A DNA stretch of 32,000 nucleotides from an uncultured Nitriliruptoraceae bacterium (GCA_963695235.1 OY968778.1:2389136-2421135), one strand, 5' to 3'; positions 19,519-28,730 are shown, numbered from the stretch's first letter. Made by a program: numbers and translations. Notes: generated by a model from the letters alone, not told the origin.

Positions 19519-20670
19519 GTGGACGACTCGACCCTACTCGCTGTCACGGGGGAGGACGGCCTGCCCACCTTCGAGGACGCGGCCGATGGCTTGACCGACC
19601 TGCTGGCGCCCTACGTGCCCGACCGGCTCGAGTTCCTGGTCTCCAACCTCGTCTCCCCGGGCCTCACCATCCTGCTGATCCTCGTGCTGGCCGTCGTCCT
19701 GTCGAGCCTGGCGAAGCGAGGCATCCGACGGCTCGTCGGTCGGATGCGCTCCGCCGAACGTCCCGACCGTCGGTGGCGCGGGCGCATCGGGCTCGACGAT
19801 GCGATCGAGACCGACCTGCGCAGGGCGCAGCGGGCGGATGCCCTCGGTGCGGTCGCTCGCAGCGCGGCGGTGGTCGTGATCTGGTCGATGGCGCTCATCA
19901 TGGCGCTGGGTCAGATCGGTCTCCAGCTCGGCCCTCTGATCGCCGGGGCCGGGATCATCGGCGTGGCCGTCGGGTTCGGAGCCCAGGATCTCGTGAAGGA
20001 CTTCCTCTCCGGCGTGTTCATGCTCGTCGAGGACCAGTACGGCGTCGGAGACATCATCGACGCGGGCGAGGCGTCCGGTGTCGTCGAGGGCATCACGCTC
20101 CGCTCGACCCGCATCCGTGACGTGAACGGCACCCTCTGGCACGTGCCGAACGGCGAGATCCGACGTGTCGGGAACATGAGCCAGGGCTGGGCGCGGGCCC
20201 TGCTGGACGTCAGCGTCGCCTACGGCACGGATGTCGACCTCGCCACGCAGGTGATCGACCGGGTGGCGGTCACGATGGCGCACGAGGACGGCTTCGCGGA
20301 GCTGTTCCTCGAGGATCCGGAGGTGTGGGGCGTCGAGCGGTTGGGAGCCGACGGCATCGACATCCGACTGGTCATCAAGGTCGTCCCCGGCAAGCAATGG
20401 GCCATCGCCCGCGAGCTCCGTCGCAGGGTGAAGGTGGCGCTCGACGACGCAGGCGTCGAGATCCCCTTCCCACAGCGGACCGTCTGGCTGCGCACGGAGC
20501 GGCCGGTCGCAGTGGGAGACGAGGGCACACCGACGTTCGAGCCGGCCGGTCGTGTACGAGCCACGACTCCCGCGACGACCGGCCCCGGCGGCCAGGACGC
20601 CACGCGGGTGCGCGGCGAGTACGACGACGTGCAGGAGGAGGTCGTGCGTTCCGACGACGAGCTGCGCTGA
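19519..20670 (+). CDS. Small-conductance mechanosensitive ion channel (MscS family)
   Basis: LIAGAGIIGVAVGFGAQDLVKDFLSGVFMLVEDQYGVGDIIDAGEASGVVEGITLRSTRIRDVNGTLWHVPNGEI. Confidence 0.92.
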   Translation: MDDSTLLAVTGEDGLPTFEDAADGLTDLLAPYVPDRLEFLVSNLVSPGLTILLILVLAVVLSSLAKRGIRRLVGRMRSAERPDRRWRGRIGLDDAIETDLRRAQRADALGAVARSAAVVVIWSMALIMALGQIGLQLGPLIAGAGIIGVAVGFGAQDLVKDFLSGVFMLVEDQYGVGDIIDAGEASGVVEGITLRSTRIRDVNGTLWHVPNGEIRRVGNMSQGWARALLDVSVAYGTDVDLATQVIDRVAVTMAHEDGFAELFLEDPEVWGVERLGADGIDIRLVIKVVPGKQWAIARELRRRVKVALDDAGVEIPFPQRTVWLRTERPVAVGDEGTPTFEPAGRVRATTPATTGPGGQDATRVRGEYDDVQEEVVRSDDELR

Positions 20671-20676
20671 CCGCAG

Positions 20677-20701
20677 CCGACGCCTGGTGATCAGGCGCCG
20701 G
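20677..20701. terminator. Short stem-loop between convergent MscS and lipA genes
   Basis: CCG-A-CGCCTG-GTGAT-CAGGCG-C-CGG: 6-bp core plus 3 bp after one mismatch; overlaps the lipA stop. Confidence 0.35.
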
Positions 20702-21710
20702 GTTGCCCGGGCGAGGGCGCCCACGCCTTGGCGTCGATCGCCTGCTGGCCGGCGTGATAGCTGGAGCGGACCATCGGCCCGGCCTCGATGTGCGCGAACC
20801 CCAGCTCCACCTCGCCGTAGGTGCGGAACGCGGCGAACGTCTCCGGCGTGACGTACCGGTCCAGGTGCAGGTGCTGCGACGAGGGCTGGAGGTACTGCCC
20901 GATCGTGAGGGTGTCCACCCCGGCGGCACGCAGGTCCCGCATGCAGGCGTAGACCTCCGCGTCCGTCTCGCCCATGCCGAGGATCAGGTTGGACTTCACG
21001 GCCGTGGTCGCCGGGAACCGGGCGCGTGCGAGTGCCAGGAACGCGAGGCCACGGTCGTAGTCGAAGGCGGGCCTGATGACGGGGAACAGCCGGCGGGTCG
21101 TCTCGAGGTTGAAGGCGAACACGTCGGGCTCGGCCGCGACGACCTGCTCGAGCGCCAGTGCACCCCGGGTGGGCTCCTGGCCGTAGCCGAAGTCGCTCGG
21201 CAGTACCTCGACGCCGACCTCGGGTGTTCGCGAGCGGATCTGACGGATCGTCTCGGCGACCAGCCAGGCGCCACCGTCGTCGAGGTCGTCACGCGCCACC
21301 ATGGTCACGACCGCGAAGCGCAGGCCGAGGTGCTCGACGGCCTCGGCGACCCGGCGCGGCTCGTCCACGTCGTAGCCCTTGGGCTTGCCCGTCTTGATCT
21401 GGCAGAAGCCGCAGCGGCGGGTGCAGTCCTCGCCTCCGATGAGGAAGGTCGCCTCGCGCATCTCCCAGCACTCGTAGATGTTCGGGCAGGCCGCCTGGGC
21501 GCAGACCGTGTTGAGCTCGAGCCCCTCCATCAACCGTGTCACGTCGGTGAAGTTGCTGCCGTAGGAGGCCTTCACCTTGAGCCAGTCGGGCTTGCGGCCG
21601 GCAGGCAACGAGGTGTCCACCGTGCGACGGACGACCCCGGCGCGCTGGACGCGCTCCTTGCCGAGGACGGCGAGCGTGCGGGCCCCCTCCGGGATCACGG
21701 GCTCGGTCAC
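20691..21710 (-). CDS. lipA: Lipoyl synthase (radical SAM)
   Basis: CAQAACPNIYECWEMREATFLIGGEDCTRRCGFCQIKTGKP; KSNLILGMGETDAEV; LTIGQYLQPSSQHL. GTG 21710 overlaps the lipB stop. Confidence 0.96.
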   Translation of the reverse strand: MTEPVIPEGARTLAVLGKERVQRAGVVRRTVDTSLPAGRKPDWLKVKASYGSNFTDVTRLMEGLELNTVCAQAACPNIYECWEMREATFLIGGEDCTRRCGFCQIKTGKPKGYDVDEPRRVAEAVEHLGLRFAVVTMVARDDLDDGGAWLVAETIRQIRSRTPEVGVEVLPSDFGYGQEPTRGALALEQVVAAEPDVFAFNLETTRRLFPVIRPAFDYDRGLAFLALARARFPATTAVKSNLILGMGETDAEVYACMRDLRAAGVDTLTIGQYLQPSSQHLHLDRYVTPETFAAFRTYGEVELGFAHIEAGPMVRSSYHAGQQAIDAKAWAPSPGQPGA

Positions 21711-22444
21711 GAGGCAGCCTTGTGGACGTCGAGGAGGTGCAGGTCGGACAGGGGTTCGAGGGTAGCCCCGAGCACGTCGGCGGCTGCACGCTCGACGGCG
21801 TCGACGACGGCTGGCATGGCGACCTCCACACCCAGGCTGGCGAGCGAGCAGACCCCGCGGTCGACGATCCCGCACGGGACGATGCCGTCGAAGTGGGCGA
21901 GATCGGGTGCGACGTTGAGTGCGAAGCCGTGCGATGTCACCCCGCCCGTCGCGACCCGCACCCCGATCGCCGCGATCTTCGCCCCACCGACCCAGACCCC
22001 GGTGAAGCCGGGTGAGCGGCCAGCCGCCACGTCGAAGGTCGCGAGCGCCCGGATCAGCAGCTCCTCCAGCGCCCGGACGTAGTCGACGACACCACGGATC
22101 GACGCGAGCCGCACGATCGGGTAGCCCACCAGCTGCCCCGGGCCGTGATAGGTGACGTCGCCCCCGCGATCGACCTCGACGAGCTCGATCCCGTGACGGG
22201 CGCGCTCGGCCGCGTCGAAGAGCACGTGTGACCGGTCGGTCCGCTTGCCGAGCGTGTACACGGGCGGGTGCTCGAGCAGGAGGAGCACGTCCCGACCGAG
22301 ACCGTCCTGGCGTCGCGCCACGAGGCGCCGCTGCACCTCCCAGGCATCGAGGTAGGGCACGAGGCCGAGGTCCACCACGGCCAGGGGCAGGTCCGCCTCC
22401 GCACGCAGCGAGGCCGCCGACGGGCGCTGGCTCCCCGGCGCCAT
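21707..22444 (-). CDS. lipB: Octanoyl-[acyl-carrier protein]:protein N-octanoyltransferase
   Basis: LLLLEHPPVYTLGKRTD, EVDRGGDVTYHGPGQLVGYPI, GVWVGGAKIAAIGVRVATGGVTSHGFALNV, DGIVPCGI. Confidence 0.94.
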   Translation of the reverse strand: MAPGSQRPSAASLRAEADLPLAVVDLGLVPYLDAWEVQRRLVARRQDGLGRDVLLLLEHPPVYTLGKRTDRSHVLFDAAERARHGIELVEVDRGGDVTYHGPGQLVGYPIVRLASIRGVVDYVRALEELLIRALATFDVAAGRSPGFTGVWVGGAKIAAIGVRVATGGVTSHGFALNVAPDLAHFDGIVPCGIVDRGVCSLASLGVEVAMPAVVDAVERAAADVLGATLEPLSDLHLLDVHKAAS

Positions 22445-23817
22445 CAGACCCCCAGTTCGGGACCGAAGTCGTGGGTCTGCAGCACGTAGCGCAGGTCCTG
22501 GAGGAAGCGCGCGGCGTCCGCTCCGTCGAGCATGCGGTGGTCGTAGGACATGCAGAGGTAGGTCATCCACCTGATCGCGATCGAGTCTCCGTAGTCGTCC
22601 GACACCACGACGGGGCGCTTCTCGATCGCGGCTGCCGCCAGGATCGCGACCTCCGGCGGGTTGAGGATCGGGGTGTCGAACAACGTGCCGACGGAGCCCG
22701 TGTTGGTCACCGTGAAGGTCCCCCCCGAGATCTCGTCGGGTGTGAGCTTGCGGTTGCGGGCTCGGGTCGCGAGGTCCGCGATGCGCCCGGCGATCCCCGG
22801 GACCGTCAGGTCCTGGGCATCCTTGATGTTGGGCACGAGCAGTCCGCGTTCCGTGTCCACCGCGATGCCGAGGTTGATGGCGCGGTGGAAGGTCGCCGTG
22901 CCGGCCTCCATGTCCATGGAAGAGTTCACCACCGGGTGGCGCGGGAGGACCATGCACACCGCCCGGGCGATGATCGGCAGCGGTGAGAGACCCGCGCCGT
23001 GCGCGGCGCGGAACGCATCCTTCTTCGCCGTCCGGAGGTTCATGACGTTGGTCATGTCGACCTCGACGGCGGCGGTCAGCTGCGCCGTGGTCTGCAGCGA
23101 CTCCATCATCGCCCGGGCGATGGCCTTGCGGACCCGCGACAACTCCTGGGTGACGGTGCGCTGGCCGCCGAAGTCGATCTGCGTCGGCGAGGCCGGTGGC
23201 CGTGCCGGGTCGTCGGGAGCCGACGGAGCCGGCGACGACGGGCGGGTACCAGCCGGTGCGTCCGGGGCCGAGCCGCCGGCGGCGACGGCGCGCTCCGCGT
23301 CGGCACGGGTGATGCGACCTCCCGGTCCGCTGCCCCGCACGTCGTCGGCTGGGAGCCCGGCCTCGCGCAGCAGGCGGCGGACGAGCGGCGAGGTCAGCAC
23401 GCGACGGCCTGCGTCCGGGCCGGTGTCGTCCGATCCCGCGTCCGCGGTGGAGGCGCTGTCGCGGCCGTCGTCGTCGGCGTCCTTCGCGGCCTCGGCGTCC
23501 TCGTCGGTGTCTGCCTCGGTCTCGTCGGCTGCGCCGTCGGTCGTTCCGGTGCCTGCGTCGGTGTCCTTGGTGGGGGTGTCGGAGGCGTCTCCGATGACGG
23601 CGATGACCTGGCCGACCTCGATGGTGTCGTCGACGTCGGCGCGGAGCTCGGTGACGGTGCCTGCGATGGGGGAGGGGATCTCGGTGTCGACCTTGTCGGT
23701 GGAGATCTCGACGATGGGTTGGTCGACGGTGACCTCGTCGCCGACCTCGACGAGCCAGGCGGTGATGACGCCTTCGGTGACGGATTCTCCCAGCTGGGGC
23801 AGCTCGACCTCGGCCAC
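22444..23817 (-). CDS. sucB: Dihydrolipoamide acyltransferase (E2) of a 2-oxoacid dehydrogenase complex
   Basis: One N-terminal lipoyl domain ([50 protein letters not shown]), acidic linker, peripheral subunit-binding domain (LTSPLVRRLLREAGLPADDVRGSGPGGRITRADAE), catalytic domain ending SYDHRMLDGADAARFLQDLRYVL. GTG 23817 with AGGAG upstream. Substrate specificity not determined. Confidence 0.9.
   Translation of the reverse strand: MAEVELPQLGESVTEGVITAWLVEVGDEVTVDQPIVEISTDKVDTEIPSPIAGTVTELRADVDDTIEVGQVIAVIGDASDTPTKDTDAGTGTTDGAADETEADTDEDAEAAKDADDDGRDSASTADAGSDDTGPDAGRRVLTSPLVRRLLREAGLPADDVRGSGPGGRITRADAERAVAAGGSAPDAPAGTRPSSPAPSAPDDPARPPASPTQIDFGGQRTVTQELSRVRKAIARAMMESLQTTAQLTAAVEVDMTNVMNLRTAKKDAFRAAHGAGLSPLPIIARAVCMVLPRHPVVNSSMDMEAGTATFHRAINLGIAVDTERGLLVPNIKDAQDLTVPGIAGRIADLATRARNRKLTPDEISGGTFTVTNTGSVGTLFDTPILNPPEVAILAAAAIEKRPVVVSDDYGDSIAIRWMTYLCMSYDHRMLDGADAARFLQDLRYVLQTHDFGPELGV
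23437..23817 (-). repeat. Direct repeat copy A (381 bp): lipoyl domain plus linker of E2
   Basis: By direct comparison, aligns to 25338..25718 without gaps, with 3 mismatches (23477/25378, 23534/25435, 23552/25453). Confidence 0.95.
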
Positions 23818-23870
23818 TTCGGTGCGCTCCTGCTCGGTACGGGGTGGGGGCTCGTCGTGTCGGTGGGCGG

Positions 23871-25718
23871 TCAGCCGTGCAGGGCGCGACCGGCCAACGC
23901 GAGGTGGGCCTCGCCGATGGCCTCGCTGAACGACGGGTGCGCGTGGATCAGGTGGGCGACCTCGGTGGGCAACGCCTCCCAGTTGTAGATCAGTTGTGCC
24001 TCCGCGATCAGGTCGGTGGCCCGTGGACCGACGATGTGGACACCGAGGACACGACCGGCACCGCCCTCGGCGTCGTCGTCCTTCTCCGCGACGAGCTTGA
24101 CCATGCCGGTCGCCTTCACCATCGCCGCGCGCCCCAACGCCTGGAACGGGTAGCGCTCGACGACGACGTCGAAGCCGGACTCCTTCGCTGCCGCCTCGGT
24201 GTAGCCGACGGACGCGACCTCGGGGTGCGAGTAGGTGACCTTCGGGACGCCGCGGTAGTCGATGGGCGCCACGTCGAGCCCGGCGAGCTGGTCGGCCACG
24301 AGGAAGCCCTCGGCGAACGAGGCGTGCGCCAGACCCAGGGTGGGGATCACGTCGCCGACCGCCCAGATGCCCTCGACGTCCGTGCGGCAGTACTCGTCCA
24401 CCACCACGAAGCCACGATCGGTCGCCACGCCAGCCGCATCGAGCCCGGCTCCCTCGGTGACGGGCGCGCGGCCGACGGCGACGAGCAGCACGTCGGCGGT
24501 GACCTCCTCGGTGCCCTTGCCGGTGTCGATCGTGCAGGTGACACCGTCGTCGGAGACGCTGACGTCGGTCATCTTGACGCCGGTCATGGTGCCGATGTCG
24601 CGCTTGCGGAACGCGCGCGCGATCTCCTTGGACGCGTCGGCGTCCTCGAGCGGCAGCAGACGGTCCTCGAGCTCGACGACGGTGACGTCGACGCCGAACG
24701 CCGACCACGCGGTCGCGAACTCCATGCCGACGGCGCCCGAGCCGAGGACCAGCGCGGAGCCCGGCAGCTCCTGGAGGTGCAGGGCGTGGTCCGAGGAGAG
24801 CACCCGCTCGCCGTCGAACGGTGCGAACGGCAGCTCGCGTGGCGTCGAGCCCGTCGCGACCACGATCGCCGGCGCCGAGAGGGTGCGCGTGCCGTCGTCG
24901 GTCTCGACCTCGACCGTGTTCGGGCCGGTCAAGCGGCCGGTGCCGAGGATCGTCTCGATGCCGCGACTCTTCAGCGCGCCCTGGAGGCCCTTCCACATCT
25001 TGTCGACGACGGCGTCCTTGTGGGCGTTGAGTGCCGCCACCTCGATGCCGTGGTAGTCGAGGGCGACGCCGAAGTCGGCGGCGTCCTGGGCCGCTTCGGC
25101 GACCTCGGCCGTCTGCAGCACCGCCTTCGTGGGGATGCAGCCCCAGTGCAGGCAGGTGCCGCCCACCTTGTCGCGCTCGATCAGGGCCACCTCGAGGCCG
25201 AGCTGCGCCGCACGCAGGGCCGTCGAGTACCCGCCGGTGCCTGCCCCGAGGACGATGACGTCGACGTCGTGCCCCTCGCCCTTCTGCACGCGGCCGCCGC
25301 GCGGTGCATCGGCGGGAGCCGGGGGCGGGCCGGTCGGCGCGTCCGCGGTGGAGGCGCTGTCGCGGCCGTCGTCGTCGTCGTCCTTCGCGGCCTCGGCGTC
25401 CTCGTCGGTGTCTGCCTCGGTCTCGTCGGCTGCGTCGTCGGTCGTTCCGGTGTCTGCGTCGGTGTCCTTGGTGGGGGTGTCGGAGGCGTCTCCGATGACG
25501 GCGATGACCTGGCCGACCTCGATGGTGTCGTCGACGTCGGCGCGGAGCTCGGTGACGGTGCCTGCGATGGGGGAGGGGATCTCGGTGTCGACCTTGTCGG
25601 TGGAGATCTCGACGATGGGTTGGTCGACGGTGACCTCGTCGCCGACCTCGACGAGCCAGGCGGTGATGACGCCTTCGGTGACGGATTCTCCCAGCTGGGG
25701 CAGCTCGACCTCGGCCAC
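23871..25718 (-). CDS. lpdA: Dihydrolipoamide dehydrogenase (E3) carrying an N-terminal lipoyl domain
   Basis: Lipoyl domain identical in sequence to that of E2, acidic linker, then [54 protein letters not shown] (FAD site and redox-active CxxxxC), C-terminal [17 protein letters not shown]. Confidence 0.94.
   Translation of the reverse strand: MAEVELPQLGESVTEGVITAWLVEVGDEVTVDQPIVEISTDKVDTEIPSPIAGTVTELRADVDDTIEVGQVIAVIGDASDTPTKDTDADTGTTDDAADETEADTDEDAEAAKDDDDDGRDSASTADAPTGPPPAPADAPRGGRVQKGEGHDVDVIVLGAGTGGYSTALRAAQLGLEVALIERDKVGGTCLHWGCIPTKAVLQTAEVAEAAQDAADFGVALDYHGIEVAALNAHKDAVVDKMWKGLQGALKSRGIETILGTGRLTGPNTVEVETDDGTRTLSAPAIVVATGSTPRELPFAPFDGERVLSSDHALHLQELPGSALVLGSGAVGMEFATAWSAFGVDVTVVELEDRLLPLEDADASKEIARAFRKRDIGTMTGVKMTDVSVSDDGVTCTIDTGKGTEEVTADVLLVAVGRAPVTEGAGLDAAGVATDRGFVVVDEYCRTDVEGIWAVGDVIPTLGLAHASFAEGFLVADQLAGLDVAPIDYRGVPKVTYSHPEVASVGYTEAAAKESGFDVVVERYPFQALGRAAMVKATGMVKLVAEKDDDAEGGAGRVLGVHIVGPRATDLIAEAQLIYNWEALPTEVAHLIHAHPSFSEAIGEAHLALAGRALHG
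25338..25718 (-). repeat. Direct repeat copy B (381 bp): lipoyl domain plus linker of LpdA
   Basis: Pair of 23437..23817; homology stops at the GTG start codon on one side and in the linker on the other. Confidence 0.95.
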
Positions 25719-25733
25719 GGTGGCAGGCTCCTC

Positions 25734-25759
25734 GTCGGTGCAGGGTGTCGGTGCAGGGT
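25734..25759. repeat. Tandem 13-bp repeat upstream of lpdA
   Basis: GTCGGTGCAGGGT x2, perfect, followed by a degenerate partial copy (GCGGTGCAGGT). Confidence 0.6.
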
Positions 25760-25991
25760 GCGGGGCGCGGTGCAGGTGCGGGTCGCGGGGTCGGCGGGAG
25801 GCGTCGACCGCGTAGACCGCGACGCTAGCGGACCCTCGGCAGGGTCGCGTGCCCCGACAGGGGGCTGACGGCTACCGTTCCCGACCGTGTCGCGCGGTCC
25901 ACGGCCGGATGGTCGCGGCACCGTGCCCACCTCCACGGCGGTGCTCCCTGAGGGCCCGGCACGGCCGCCGCCTCGACCCGCGGAGCAGCTC

Positions 25992-27128
25992 GTGACCGAC
26001 CGATCGCGACCGACCGCACTGACCGACGCGCACCGCCGCGCCGGCGCCAAGCTGGGCGGGTTCGCCGGCTGGGAGATGCCCCTGCGGTTCGCGGGGACGC
26101 TGGCGGAGCACGCCGCGGTCCGCGAGCACGTCGGGGTGTTCGACGTCTCGCACCTGGGCACCGTCTGGATCGAGGGGGACGACGCGCAGGCCGTCGTCGC
26201 GGCGACGTTAACGAACGACCCGGCCGTCCTCGGGGACGGCGCGTCGCAGTACACGCTGTGCTGCACGGACGACGGCGGCATCGTCGACGACCTGATCGCG
26301 TACCGGCTCGACGCGGCGAGGTGGCTGGTCGTGCCCAACGCCGCGAACACGGCGGCGGTCGTCGACGCCCTGGTCGCGGCCGCGAGCGACCGGGACGCCG
26401 CCGTGCACGACCAGAGCGGCGAGCGGGCCATCCTGGCCGTCCAGGGTCCAGCCGCCTTGCCGCTGGTCGACCGGATCCTTCGGGACCAGGGCGCCGCGAC
26501 GGCAGCGAGCGACGTCGCCCACCTCGGTGTCGTCGACGTCGAGGTGGCCGGCGGGCGCGTGCTCGTGTGCAGGACGGGCTACACGGGCGAGCCGGGCTGT
26601 GAACTGGTGCTGCCGAACGTGCTCGCCGACCGATGGTGGACGGCGCTCGTCGACGCGGGCGCCGTCGCGTGCGGGCTGGCGGCCCGCGACACGTTGCGGC
26701 TGGAGATGGGCTACCCGCTCCACGGCAACGAGTTGTCCGAGGACCACGATCCGTTCGAGGCGCGACTGGCGTGGGCCGTGAAGCTGGACCGGGGAGCGTT
26801 CCGCGGCTCGGAGGCGCTCGCCCGGCGGAAGGCGGCGGGTCCGGTGCGCAGGCTCTGGGGGCTGCGGGTCGACGGCAGGCGCCCGGTTCGTGCGGGCATG
26901 TCGGTCCACTCGGCCGGCTCGGTGGTCGGGACGCTGACCTCGGGGACCCTCTCCCCGACGCTCGGGGTCCCCATCGCGTTGTGCTACCTCGACGTCGCAC
27001 TCTCGCCCGGCGACCGCGTCGACGTCGACCTCCGTGGGACCTCCGTCGGGGCGGAGGTCGTCCGCCCGCCGTTCGTCGACCGCGACCCGCGCGGCACACC
27101 GTCTGCCCCGGCCCGGGCCCACCCATGA
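25992..27128 (+). CDS. gcvT: Aminomethyltransferase (glycine cleavage T protein) family
   Basis: LTDAHRRAGAKLGGFAGWEMPLRFAGTLAEHAAVREHVGVFDVSHLGTVWIEG...RTGYTGEPGCELVLP...ACGLAARDTLRLEMGYPLHGNELSEDHDPFEARLAWAVKLDR. GTG 25992 chosen over the ORF start 25887. Confidence 0.92.
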   Translation: MTDRSRPTALTDAHRRAGAKLGGFAGWEMPLRFAGTLAEHAAVREHVGVFDVSHLGTVWIEGDDAQAVVAATLTNDPAVLGDGASQYTLCCTDDGGIVDDLIAYRLDAARWLVVPNAANTAAVVDALVAAASDRDAAVHDQSGERAILAVQGPAALPLVDRILRDQGAATAASDVAHLGVVDVEVAGGRVLVCRTGYTGEPGCELVLPNVLADRWWTALVDAGAVACGLAARDTLRLEMGYPLHGNELSEDHDPFEARLAWAVKLDRGAFRGSEALARRKAAGPVRRLWGLRVDGRRPVRAGMSVHSAGSVVGTLTSGTLSPTLGVPIALCYLDVALSPGDRVDVDLRGTSVGAEVVRPPFVDRDPRGTPSAPARAHP

Positions 27129-28204
27129 AGGTCGTGGTCGCACCGGACAGCTTCGGCGGCACCCTGACCGCGCCGGAGGTGGCCGCCGCGATCGCGGAGG
27201 GGTGGCGCGAGGTCCGGCCGCGGGACGAGCTCGTGCTCGTGCCGATGTCCGACGGCGGCGAGGGACTGCTCGACGTGCTGGCGACCGCAGACGACACCTG
27301 GGTGTCGACCGAGGTCTCGGGGCCGCTCGGCCATCCGGTCGAGGCAGCGCTGCTCCTGCGCCCGGACCACACCGCCGTGGTCGAGGCCGCTCGCGCGTGC
27401 GGGCTCGCGCTCGTCCCCGAGGGCCGTCGGTCGCCGTTGCGGGCGACGTCCTACGGGGTCGGACAGCTCCTCGACGCCGCGGTGGACGTCGGGGCGCGCA
27501 CCGTGCTGCTGGGGTTGGGTGGCAGCGCGACCGTCGACGGGGGTGCGGGGGCCCTCACGGCGCTCGGGTACCGGATCAGGACAGACGACGGCTCCGGCCT
27601 CAAGGTGGGCGGCGACGACCTGCACCGTGTCGATCGCATCGAACGGGGGTGGTCCGTGGACCCGTCCCGACTCGTCCTCCAGCTGCTGGCCGACGTGAGC
27701 ACCACCCTCGGGGACGCGGCCCGTGTCTTCGGGCCGCAGAAGGGGGCGTCGGCCGACGACGTCGTCGTCCTCGAGCGGGGGCTGCGGACCTGGGCCGACG
27801 TGGTGGGGCGCGACCTCCCGGCGCGCCCGGACCTCGAGCGGGAGGCCGGGTCGGGGGCGGCCGGTGGGCTGGGATTCGGGCTCGCTGCCGCCTTCGGCGG
27901 CCCGCTGGTGTCTGGCGCCGAGCGGGTCGGGGAGCTCGTCGGTCTGCCGACCGAGCTGGACGACGCCGAGGTGGTGGTCACCGGCGAGGGGCGGCTCGAC
28001 GCGACGACGGTCGCTGGCAAGGTCGTGTCGCACGTCGCGGCGCTGGCCCGCGCACGCGGCGTCCGAGCGCTGGCGGTGGCGGGACAGGCGCTCGAGGTCC
28101 CCGCCGCGCTGGATGCCGTCGAGCTCTCCGGGCCGGACGGCCCGGGGCCGGATCCGGCGGCTGACGTCCGGACGGCGGCCGCGCGGCTGGCCCGGCGGAT
28201 CTGA
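27125..28204 (+). CDS. Glycerate kinase
   Basis: MKVVVAPDSFGGTLTAPEVAAAIAEGWREVRPRDELVLVPMSDGGEGLLDVL; LLGLGGSATVDGGAGALTALGYR; DVSTTLGDAARVFGPQKGAS. ATGA overlap with gcvT. Confidence 0.93.
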   Translation: MKVVVAPDSFGGTLTAPEVAAAIAEGWREVRPRDELVLVPMSDGGEGLLDVLATADDTWVSTEVSGPLGHPVEAALLLRPDHTAVVEAARACGLALVPEGRRSPLRATSYGVGQLLDAAVDVGARTVLLGLGGSATVDGGAGALTALGYRIRTDDGSGLKVGGDDLHRVDRIERGWSVDPSRLVLQLLADVSTTLGDAARVFGPQKGASADDVVVLERGLRTWADVVGRDLPARPDLEREAGSGAAGGLGFGLAAAFGGPLVSGAERVGELVGLPTELDDAEVVVTGEGRLDATTVAGKVVSHVAALARARGVRALAVAGQALEVPAALDAVELSGPDGPGPDPAADVRTAAARLARRI

Positions 28205-28310
28205 GCGTCCGGCTCGGTACACTCCGACGGGCACCCGCCATCACACGGCCGGTGCGACCCGGGGATGCGCCGCACCGTCATCCCGACGAGACCAAGCGAG
28301 GAGCGTGCCC

Positions 28311-28676
28311 GTGAGCGCCGACACGAGCGTCGACCAGACGACGACCACCGTCGTGAGCTTGACCGAGACCGCAGCGGAGAAGGTCCGGGGCTTCCTCGTC
28401 GACCAGCCGGACGTCGACGACGTCGCGCTGCGCGTCGCGGTGCAGGCCGGCGGTTGCGCGGGCTTCCGCTACGCGCTGTTCTTCGACGACCGCCAGCTCG
28501 AGGGTGACCTCGAGGAGAGCTTCCACGGGATCACCGTGCGCATCGACAAGATGTCGACGCCCTACCTCCAGGGTGCGGTCATCGACTGGAAGGAGTCGCT
28601 CGAGGCCTCCGGGTTCTCGATCGACAACCCCAACTCGTCGGGGTCCTGCGCCTGCGGCGACAGCGCGACCTTCTGA
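28311..28676 (+). CDS. HesB/IscA/ErpA-type iron-sulfur cluster insertion protein
   Basis: VVSLTETAAEKVRGFLVDQP...LRVAVQAGGCAGFRYALFFDD...FSIDNPNSSGSCACGDSATF. Confidence 0.88.
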   Translation: MSADTSVDQTTTTVVSLTETAAEKVRGFLVDQPDVDDVALRVAVQAGGCAGFRYALFFDDRQLEGDLEESFHGITVRIDKMSTPYLQGAVIDWKESLEASGFSIDNPNSSGSCACGDSATF

Positions 28677-28679
28677 GCC

Positions 28680-28700
28680 GTTCGGTGCGCCGCACCGAAC
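28680..28700 (+). terminator. Stem-loop directly after the HesB-type gene
   Basis: GTTCGGTGC-GCC-GCACCGAAC, 9-bp perfect stem starting 4 nt after the stop codon. Confidence 0.5.
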
Positions 28701-28730
28701 CGGTGGGCGTGAACGCCGTCCCCGCGTGAC

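Noticed and set aside
25368-25382. (TCG)n microsatellite-like run as a phase-variable tract
   Set aside because: It encodes the Asp run of the LpdA linker; slippage of one codon would stay in frame, so on/off phase variation is not supported.
23844-25868. 674-aa plus-strand ORF containing repeated [28 protein letters not shown]-like text
   Set aside because: Antisense to lpdA. The apparent similarity to ORF 22661..23929 is just the reverse translation of the duplicated lipoyl/linker DNA, not an additional gene family.
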